Below, piece after piece: positions 56,828-64,000 of a stretch of 64,000 bases of DNA. The stretch spans positions 14,630 through 78,629 of the forward strand of contig CAILVF010000021.1 of NCBI GenBank assembly GCA_903837605.1, read 5' to 3'. Below the pieces are notes generated by a model that was not told the origin of the DNA, did no database searches, and saw nothing but the letters and a program-made list of their open reading frames with translations. Within the stretch, counting starts at the first letter, position 1. The number at the start of each line of letters is the position of its first letter. Origin of the DNA: an uncultured Bacteroidales bacterium (GTDB taxonomy: Bacteria > Bacteroidota > Bacteroidia > Bacteroidales > FEN-979). A program made the translations under genes and the position numbers.

Positions 56828-58600
56828 CTATTCCTCCGAGAATTTTTTCAGCAGTTTCCTGTATTCCGAGAAGACTGTCGCGCGGCTCATGAAGCCGAGA
56901 TACTTCCCGTCCTTCAATACCGGGATGTTGAAGCGGTCGTTTTTATGGAACATGTTCACGATCTTTTCCATATCGTCATCTGGAGTAATGTACAATTCGG
57001 GTGTGTACATCAGCTCCCGAACTAACTTCTTATCGTATAATTCCCTCTCGAACATGATGCCCCGTATATGGTCCAGGGTCACGATCCCGTAAAAGGTGCC
57101 GGTCTCGTCCACCACCGGGAAACTGTTCCGGCTGGAGGCTGAAACCACCTTGACAAGGTCGCCCAGGCTGGAGTCGGGACCGACCTTCAGGAAATTCGTT
57201 TCGATGAGGTTGGCCGGGTCCATCATCGTGAGTATGGCATTGTCTTTATGATGCGTAATAAGCTCTTTGCGCGTTGCAAGCTGCCTTGCATAAATGGAAT
57301 GGGGCTCGAAATAATACACGGTGAGATACGAAACCGTAGAGGAAATTATAAGAGGGGTCAGTAATTCATATCCTCCCGTAATTTCAGCAATAAGAAAGAT
57401 AGCCGTCAGGGGGGCATGCATCACGCCGGTCATGATCCCGGCCATCCCCACCAGGGCAAAATTGCTCTCGGGAAGATGGGAATTGAGGCCAAGGTTAATA
57501 CCCCTGGAAAGAAAAAGCCCGCTGATCCCGCCTACGAACAGGGCAGGGGCGAAGGTCCCGCCGATCCCGCCACTGCCCTGGGTCACCGACATCGCCACCA
57601 CTTTTGAGATGATCAGGCCGAAAATGATGAAAAGGAAAAGGTATGGGCTGTTTTTCATCCACCCGAAAAACTCGGGGTTGCCTATAGTTTCAGCATGCCC
57701 GTTCAGCACGGCTTTAAGTATGGTATATCCTTCCCCGAACAAGGACGGGTATATAAAGATCAATCCTGCCAGTACAGCACCTGCAAGGGGAAGCCTCGCA
57801 GCTGCAGGAATCCTTACGAGCATGCGTTCTATCCAGGCACTCCCACGTATAAAATACACCGATACAAGCCCGGCGAAAACCCCGAGGAGAATATAAAACC
57901 CGGTCTCATGAAAATGGAAAGGGGATAAAAGTATAAATGAAAAGGCGACTTCTTTTCCCATCAGCAGGGTTGAAACAAGAGAACCTGTAACAGCCGAGAT
58001 AAGCAGGGGGATCAGGTTTGTCATCGTCATGTCCATGAGCAATACCTCGATTACAAAAACGACCCCTGCAATGGGAGCCGTGAAGAGGCTCGACAGGGCT
58101 CCGGCCGCCCCGCAGCCAAGCAAAAGGGTGGTGTTCTTGTAATCCTGCCTGAAAAGTTTCGCCAGGTTAGATCCTATGGCCGATCCGGTGAGCACACCGG
58201 GTGCCTCGGGACCTACCGACCCCCCGAAACCTAAGGTAAGCGTACAGGCAACAAGAGAACTCCATGTATTATGCGGCTTGATCTGGCTCTGGTTCTTGGA
58301 GATCACGTAAAGGACCTTGCTTATGCCATGACTGATGTTGTCCTTTACAACATACTTCAAAAAGAGCCAGGTAAGCATTAAGCCGAAAAAGGGATAAAGC
58401 AGGTAAAGAAAATTTATAGCTTTAAAAGTAAACCCGTTTGTCAGGAAAAAGTTTGTATAATACAGGGTGTTTTTAAGGACCACACCGGTAAGGCCGCTGA
58501 GTATCCCTACTACAAAACTCAGTACCAGCAAAAACTGCCGGGGCTTAAATGTTTTATACTGATACAGATATATCCTGTCGAATAATGTATGTCGTGACAT
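56828..58600 (-). CDS. ClC-family chloride channel/transporter with C-terminal CBS pair
   Basis: HGISKV, GGSVGPEAP, F.API.G..F..E, GG.FAP.LF.G, APLT.I.L.AE.TG.Y; CBS domains; start MSRHT at 58600. Confidence 0.88.
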   Translation of the reverse strand: MSRHTLFDRIYLYQYKTFKPRQFLLVLSFVVGILSGLTGVVLKNTLYYTNFFLTNGFTFKAINFLYLLYPFFGLMLTWLFLKYVVKDNISHGISKVLYVISKNQSQIKPHNTWSSLVACTLTLGFGGSVGPEAPGVLTGSAIGSNLAKLFRQDYKNTTLLLGCGAAGALSSLFTAPIAGVVFVIEVLLMDMTMTNLIPLLISAVTGSLVSTLLMGKEVAFSFILLSPFHFHETGFYILLGVFAGLVSVYFIRGSAWIERMLVRIPAAARLPLAGAVLAGLIFIYPSLFGEGYTILKAVLNGHAETIGNPEFFGWMKNSPYLFLFIIFGLIISKVVAMSVTQGSGGIGGTFAPALFVGGISGLFLSRGINLGLNSHLPESNFALVGMAGIMTGVMHAPLTAIFLIAEITGGYELLTPLIISSTVSYLTVYYFEPHSIYARQLATRKELITHHKDNAILTMMDPANLIETNFLKVGPDSSLGDLVKVVSASSRNSFPVVDETGTFYGIVTLDHIRGIMFERELYDKKLVRELMYTPELYITPDDDMEKIVNMFHKNDRFNIPVLKDGKYLGFMSRATVFSEYRKLLKKFSEE

Positions 58601-58607
58601 GATGATG

Positions 58608-58635
58608 CAAATGTAGCAGTATATTCTTACTTTTG
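58608..58635. promoter_or_regulatory. Divergent -7 elements for the ClC gene and xth
   Basis: caaatgta at 58608-58615 and tacttttg at 58628-58635. Confidence 0.6.
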
Positions 58636-58651
58636 GAACAAACAACCGAAC

Positions 58652-59419
58652 ATGAAAAGGATCATATCATATAATCTCAACGGGATCAGGTCAGCTGCCT
58701 CAAAAGGGCTTGCACACTGGCTCAGCGCTGCCAATCCCGATATCGCATGCTTCCAGGAAACAAAGGCCCAGCCTGACCAGATCCCCGTGGAACTCTTTGA
58801 AGCCATGGGGTACCATCATTACTGGTTCTCAGCGGTCAAGAAAGGATATAGCGGGGTGGGGATACTCTCTAAGGTTAAACCTGATCACGTCGACTTCGGA
58901 ATGAACATACAGAAGTATGATGATGAAGGAAGGACCATCATGGCCCATTACGGGGATACTACGGTAATGAGCGTTTATCATCCATCGGGAACAACCGGGG
59001 AGGAGAGGCAGGGTTTTAAGATGATCTGGCTGGAAGATTTTCTCAGGTATGCCAATGAGCTGAGGAAAACAAGGCCCAACCTGATCATCTGCGGGGATTT
59101 CAACATCTGCCATAAAGCTATCGACATCCATGACCCTGTCAGAAATGCTACCAGCAGCGGATTCCTGCCGGAAGAAAGGGAATGGCTGACCCGTTTCTTC
59201 AACAGTGGTTTTATCGATACCTTCAGGATATTCAACCAGGATCCTCATAACTATACCTGGTGGAGTTTCAGGGCCGGTGCCCGCTCAAGAAACCTGGGAT
59301 GGCGTATTGATTACCAGGTGGTGACCCCTCCGTTGGAGAAAAGGCTTCTGAGGGCGGCAATCCTGCCCGATGCAAAACATTCCGATCACTGCCCCACCCT
59401 GCTTGAAGTGGATTTCTAA
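58652..59419 (+). CDS. xth: Exodeoxyribonuclease III
   Basis: SYNLNGIRS, QETK, KGYSGV, EGR, GDFNI.H..ID, YTWWS.R, GWRIDY, SDHCP. Confidence 0.95.
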   Translation: MKRIISYNLNGIRSAASKGLAHWLSAANPDIACFQETKAQPDQIPVELFEAMGYHHYWFSAVKKGYSGVGILSKVKPDHVDFGMNIQKYDDEGRTIMAHYGDTTVMSVYHPSGTTGEERQGFKMIWLEDFLRYANELRKTRPNLIICGDFNICHKAIDIHDPVRNATSSGFLPEEREWLTRFFNSGFIDTFRIFNQDPHNYTWWSFRAGARSRNLGWRIDYQVVTPPLEKRLLRAAILPDAKHSDHCPTLLEVDF

Positions 59420-59457
59420 GCGGGGCAAAGCCCTGGAGAAAGGGCTGTCTCATCCGC
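59420..59457. terminator. Hairpin between convergent genes
   Basis: gcgg...agccct-ggagaa-agggct...ccgc. Confidence 0.4.
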
Positions 59458-59462
59458 AGTAA

Positions 59463-62399
59463 TTAAAAGCTTACCGAGTAAATAAACTGGCATCCCCAGG
59501 TATTGTTGACGGGAAAGTACATCGGGCGCACCCCTAATTCAAAGGGGTAAACAAACCTCAGGATATGCAATTCGGCGGTGAGTTCCGAACCTATGGTCTG
59601 ATAAAGGTTGGGGAGGCTCCAGTCAATGGCCTTCGAATCGTCACCCATAGCCTGGTCGTAAAACAGGTTAAGCTTGAAACGTTTGAAATACAGCACTCCT
59701 CCAAGGCTCCAGTCGGGACGGAACAATGGGAATTTATAATTTGCCGAGAAGCTGAAGAGATGACTGTCATAACCGCTGCTGTAACCGCGGGGATAGGGAA
59801 CAACACCTGAATAACTGTACCCGTATACCGTGTTTTCGTCCCTCTGCTGATAGCCTCCAAACAACCAAAGCCCGTGGTGCCGTAATAAGCCCGGGAAATA
59901 CAGGTTTGTTTGAACGGCCCAGATGGAACCCATATCATTTACGCCAAACGGGCTGTTCGTTAAACTTAGCTGTATATTCTGGCCCCAGCGGTAATACATA
60001 TCCTGGTAATTTGAACGCCGGTACTGGTAAAAATTCAGGCTGTAAGTTACAGTGTTGATCCATCCGCTTGTAAACAAGCCGGGAGTTGACTTGTCGTGGA
60101 TCACATCCACCAGTGAAGTACTGATTGCAGGCGTTAGCCCCCTGTACCATGCTCCCCTGGTGAAGTTTAAAGGAACCGAGACCGTAAGTTGCAACTTCAG
60201 CTCATTCCAGGTAAACCTCGTCCTGGGGGAGGTACTGCTTGTTATATAATAGCCTGCCCTTTTTCCGAATGAAGAACCCAGGTCGAAGACCGGGAAAAGG
60301 CCCTGGTAGCTGAAGTTCAGGTAAAACTGCCCGGTTTGCTCATTGTAATCCCAGTCATACCCTGCGCTTGCGAAGGTCGAACTCATCACATTCTGCGATA
60401 ATACCGTAACGCCGGGATGTATTGTCAGGTTTGAAGCGCTTAAGGATACTGGAGCCCAGGAATGGACATTGAACAGGTGTGCCGCTTTTGAATATTTTTT
60501 TGAAGGATACTGCGGATGACCCTGTCTTGATGAATCAGGGTTCATTGAGTGGTCAAGCAGCATCCTGAAAAGCCCCTCGTTTGCAAGGCTGTCCTGGAGG
60601 TTGACCCCTTCCTGCCCGGCCAGTATGTCGTAAAGCTTAAATGAATGATCCCTCACCCCTGTTAAAGGTATCCATTTTGCAGAATCCAGGCTGGCTTCGG
60701 AAACCATCTGCCCGTCACTGCAGTAATCTGAATACAGCAGCCTGGTTTTATCGGAGTTGAAATCGGGATCAGAGGCGCAAAACCGGGCAGAAGTCACCTG
60801 GAAGATTTTTTTTATTACAGTGTCTACGGCGTATATGTTTTCTATGCCCGAATAATCTGCTGAGAAAATGATAAAATGGCCGAACATCTGGGATGGCCCG
60901 TCAATCCCGGTAAAAGTGAAAGGGATGTGGAACCTGGTTTCTTTTGTCGCCATATCGCAGGTGGCAATCGTTTTCCCTTTCTCATTCATGTATAAATAAA
61001 TCAGATGTTTGTCGTCATCGGTAAAATCGGGCGACTGGAAGGTGGCTGAACCTTCGGCTTTTTTAGAGAAGAGAACACGTCCGTCGGAAGTCCCCAGTAC
61101 TTCGAGGAAGGATTCACCGTCAGTGTTTATCCTCACCGCAGCAATCATCGATGCGTCATGTGAAAGGATGGGGGAGAAATATCTTGACCTTTTTGTAAGA
61201 TGGCGTGACCGGCGTGACTTCATGTCATAGATCTTGATGCTTGAATAATCCCTGTTGCCCCACCTGAGATCGGGTTCATATTCTGCCCAGGCGATGAGAT
61301 CACCTGAAATGGAATTGCTTCCATCCTGGTAGGCGCCTGTCTGGAATAATTGTTTCTCCTTCCCGTTTGGCAGTATCTTAACAAAACAGTCAACGCCTTC
61401 GTTACTCTGACGTTCGGCAATGATGGTGCTGTCATTCAAATAGAGAGGGTGAGTAAAGACCTTGTAATTCCTGGCGTTCCTGATGCTGATCATCCTGCTC
61501 CCGGTCTTCGGGGTATTACGGTCCTGCTCCTTCCAGATGCTGTCAAGTTCATTCATGGACTTCCTGTACCATTTGACTTTTGTAAGTCCGGTTGTGCGTT
61601 TAATACCATCGGCAAGAGGGATGATCATGAAAGGGTATTTTGCCACATGATCGAGGCTGTAATCCCATAATTTCGGTCCATAGTCCTTCCGGCCCATCCC
61701 GACAAGATAATATCCGAGTTCATAGGCATCGGGGACAAACGTCTTAAAAGAGCCTAAGGTCGCTTTATTGAAGTTATAGCTTCCTTTTTCAAGGAGTTGG
61801 GCGCGCAGTATCGCTTCAAACCAGCCTGCACGGCCCCGCCCGGTCTTTGTCAAGGCAGTTTCAGTAGCGGTTGCATCCCCTTCAAGGAACCAGGTTGGGA
61901 TAAAAGCCCCAAGTATACCGCCAGTAGCCTGTTCCCCCAGGATATAATATAAAGCCCTTGTAAAACCCTTATTCATTTTATTGATCTGGACGGCATGGCG
62001 GTATTCATGTATTGCAAGCTGTTCAAGCCATTCTTCGGCATACGCATCAGGATCGGGAGTCGGATAAAATTCAATCCGCTTAGGGGCCCAAACGGTGACA
62101 CCATTGGCCAGGCTGGATTGGGTATGGATTATAATGGGGATCCTGGGTGGTTTTGCAGTCAGGGTCTTCGTTTCATACCTCCATACATTATCCATGATCC
62201 TGGCTGTATACTGTGCATGGGTTTCATAGGTTGAAGGATAGATGATACTGTAATTCCCGGTTTTAATCTGCCTCCAGCGAAGCGATGCCGGATCCTGGCC
62301 AGTTGAAAAAAACTGGCCCCGGGAGCTCAACGGGATAAGGCTGATAATGAATATTGCGATGATGGCGGATTGGAAAAACCTGAAATTAGGTGTTGTCAT
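59463..62399 (-). CDS. Outer-membrane protein: zincin-like (HExxH) domain, TolB-like beta-propeller and Omp85-like C-terminal barrel
   Basis: Signal peptide; LAIHEYRH..Q, P.WFLEGDA; propeller repeats (SP.LS.D, SPDF..D, DPDF..D); PRGY, terminal Phe; start MTTPN at 62399. Confidence 0.7.
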   Translation of the reverse strand: MTTPNFRFFQSAIIAIFIISLIPLSSRGQFFSTGQDPASLRWRQIKTGNYSIIYPSTYETHAQYTARIMDNVWRYETKTLTAKPPRIPIIIHTQSSLANGVTVWAPKRIEFYPTPDPDAYAEEWLEQLAIHEYRHAVQINKMNKGFTRALYYILGEQATGGILGAFIPTWFLEGDATATETALTKTGRGRAGWFEAILRAQLLEKGSYNFNKATLGSFKTFVPDAYELGYYLVGMGRKDYGPKLWDYSLDHVAKYPFMIIPLADGIKRTTGLTKVKWYRKSMNELDSIWKEQDRNTPKTGSRMISIRNARNYKVFTHPLYLNDSTIIAERQSNEGVDCFVKILPNGKEKQLFQTGAYQDGSNSISGDLIAWAEYEPDLRWGNRDYSSIKIYDMKSRRSRHLTKRSRYFSPILSHDASMIAAVRINTDGESFLEVLGTSDGRVLFSKKAEGSATFQSPDFTDDDKHLIYLYMNEKGKTIATCDMATKETRFHIPFTFTGIDGPSQMFGHFIIFSADYSGIENIYAVDTVIKKIFQVTSARFCASDPDFNSDKTRLLYSDYCSDGQMVSEASLDSAKWIPLTGVRDHSFKLYDILAGQEGVNLQDSLANEGLFRMLLDHSMNPDSSRQGHPQYPSKKYSKAAHLFNVHSWAPVSLSASNLTIHPGVTVLSQNVMSSTFASAGYDWDYNEQTGQFYLNFSYQGLFPVFDLGSSFGKRAGYYITSSTSPRTRFTWNELKLQLTVSVPLNFTRGAWYRGLTPAISTSLVDVIHDKSTPGLFTSGWINTVTYSLNFYQYRRSNYQDMYYRWGQNIQLSLTNSPFGVNDMGSIWAVQTNLYFPGLLRHHGLWLFGGYQQRDENTVYGYSYSGVVPYPRGYSSGYDSHLFSFSANYKFPLFRPDWSLGGVLYFKRFKLNLFYDQAMGDDSKAIDWSLPNLYQTIGSELTAELHILRFVYPFELGVRPMYFPVNNTWGCQFIYSVSF

Positions 62400-62400
62400 C

Positions 62401-63366
62401 TCAGTAATATCTTGTTGACTGCAGGTAAGCCTGTACATATTCGGTAATGCCGTCTTCAAGGCTGCGGAAGGCTTTAGGGTAACCTGCCAGTTTCAGCTTC
62501 TCCATTTTTGCTTCTGTAAAATACTGGTATTTGTCGCGGATATCGGCAGGTGTATCTATGAATTCAATTTCCGGCCTCATATCCAGGGCAAGAAAGACAG
62601 AATTTACCAGGTCGAGAAAGGTGCGTGCCTTTCCTGTCCCGAGGTTATAAATACCTGGCTGGCCCCGGTGCTCGAAAAGAAAATACATCACATCGGCTAC
62701 ATCTTTCACATAAATAAAATCACGCAGTTGTTTTCCATCCTGGTAGTCGGGCCTGTGGGACCTGAACAGCTTTACTTTACCGTTCGCCTTAATCTGGTTA
62801 AAGGCATGAAAAACCACGGATGCCATCCGCCCTTTATGATATTCATTCGGACCGAAAACATTAAAAAATTTGAGACCGAACCAGGCGGGTGGGGCTGAAG
62901 ACTGCTGTAATACCCATTTGTCAAACTCGTTTTTAGAGACCCCGTAAGGGTTCAGGGGTTTAAGCCGGGGTACCAGTTCATGACTGTCGCTGTACCCTAA
63001 AGAACCGTCGCCATAGGTTGCAGCCGAAGAAGCATAAATAAGCGGGATATTATACTCGCTGCAAAAATTCCAGATTTTTTTGCTGTACCCGAGGTTGAGC
63101 TCGTCAAATACGCTCATGTTAAACTCAGACGTGTCGGTACGCGCGCCGATATGGAATACGAATTCAATTTCTTTTGCGTGGGCCGGAAGCCAGTTGAACA
63201 GGTCCTTTCGCTCAATTTTGCGTAGGTACACCTTATGGGAATAGTTATTGATCTTGTCAGCCCTGGAGAAATCATCTGCAATAACAATTTCCTTGATTCC
63301 TTTGTTATTCAGTTTGCCCACCAGGCAGCTTCCTATGAAGCCTGCGGCCCCTGTAACTATAATCAT
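62401..63366 (-). CDS. rfaD: ADP-L-glycero-D-manno-heptose 6-epimerase
   Basis: MIIVTGAAGFIGS, YASSAATYG, PLN.YG.SK, FNVFGPNEYHKGRMASV, RDFIYV.D, YQ.FTEA. Confidence 0.93.
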   Translation of the reverse strand: MIIVTGAAGFIGSCLVGKLNNKGIKEIVIADDFSRADKINNYSHKVYLRKIERKDLFNWLPAHAKEIEFVFHIGARTDTSEFNMSVFDELNLGYSKKIWNFCSEYNIPLIYASSAATYGDGSLGYSDSHELVPRLKPLNPYGVSKNEFDKWVLQQSSAPPAWFGLKFFNVFGPNEYHKGRMASVVFHAFNQIKANGKVKLFRSHRPDYQDGKQLRDFIYVKDVADVMYFLFEHRGQPGIYNLGTGKARTFLDLVNSVFLALDMRPEIEFIDTPADIRDKYQYFTEAKMEKLKLAGYPKAFRSLEDGITEYVQAYLQSTRYY

Positions 63367-63390
63367 ATCCAGTTAATTTTCATTTCTTCC

Positions 63391-63414
63391 TCAATCGTCA
63401 ATCGTCAATCGTCA
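63391..63414. repeat. TCAATCG heptamer x3 at the decarboxylase stop
   Basis: tcaatcg tcaatcg tcaatcg tca. Confidence 0.75.
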
Positions 63415-64000
63415 TGTCCAGAACCTGATAATGTCATCAATTTCTTCCCGTTCTTTTATTACGACAAACGATTCGCCTTCATTGTAATACCCGATAATCC
63501 TTGGTGCAAACCGGCTGTTGTACCTCGACCACATTGAGAATGTATACCCGCCCGTATCATGGATGACGATATGATCCCCTTCCTGCACCCCGGGTAAAGA
63601 TACTCCTTTTGCAAGGATGTCACCCGAGAAGCAAAGCGGGCCCGCTAAATTCCAGGGATTGACCGAATTGCCTGTCCTGGGATTGCCTTCGCCGTCAAGT
63701 AGAGTGTATTCATGCAGCCAGTCCTTCGGGTTCAGGCACTCCCTTACAAAAAGGTCGGCCCCTACATGGAGCATGGCGGTGCTGACACCCGGATCGTGTT
63801 TGACATATTCAACCCTGCTGATGGTCCATCCCGGATTGGTATATGTCCACCGGCCAAATTCAGTGATCAGGCGAATGCTGTGATCATGAAGCGGGGAACC
63901 GGGAGCGGGAAGCGGGGAACCGGAAGCCGGAAGGGGGGGGCCGGGATCCGGGTTGCCCGGTACCGGTAAACTTCTTTCACTGAACAGAAGGGGGGCCCTC
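63412..64000 (-). CDS. PLP-dependent group IV (diaminopimelate-like) decarboxylase, C-terminal part; runs off the right edge
   Basis: Frame open to the window end: ...LITEFGRW...SRVEYVK...HVGADLF...AGPLCFSGD...HDTGGY..SMWS.YNSR. Confidence 0.8.
   Translation of the reverse strand, partial: RAPLLFSERSLPVPGNPDPGPPLPASGSPLPAPGSPLHDHSIRLITEFGRWTYTNPGWTISRVEYVKHDPGVSTAMLHVGADLFVRECLNPKDWLHEYTLLDGEGNPRTGNSVNPWNLAGPLCFSGDILAKGVSLPGVQEGDHIVIHDTGGYTFSMWSRYNSRFAPRIIGYYNEGESFVVIKEREEIDDIIRFWT
63888..63966. repeat. Heptamer array read in frame inside the decarboxylase
   Basis: gaagcgg ggaaccg ggagcgg gaagcgg ggaaccg gaagccg ...; encodes PVPGNPDPGPPLPASGSPLPAPGSPL on the minus strand. Confidence 0.85.

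Overview
Gene-dense chromosomal window from an anaerobic Bacteroidota (Bacteroidales-like) bacterium, judged from recurrent TAnnTTTG promoter elements, a T9SS sorting domain and the DUF2723, LptD-amidase-MlaD and tgt-LptG gene orders. No rRNA, tRNA, CRISPR or transposase was seen. Highlights: (1) a redox/nitrogen locus. gdhA is divergent from an operon in which a Sporomusa-type Nfn/BfuABC-like complex (StnABC-like) and a ferritin-like protein lie between two paralogous receiver + PPDK ATP-grasp + His-swivel-like proteins that lack the pyruvate-binding barrel, making them a candidate non-canonical His-to-Asp signalling or protein-phosphorylation system. (2) An intact gatE-gatD operon, an enzyme classically regarded as archaea-specific, behind a Bacteroidota-type promoter. 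(3) An ECF sigma / membrane anti-sigma / TPR-less secreted CHAT protease triad. (4) An MbnP/MbnH-like pair. (5) At least ten 7-8-nt tandem-repeat arrays, often paired as inverted arms and starting at stop codons, some read in frame inside proteins. All protein calls come from motif recognition, not database searches.
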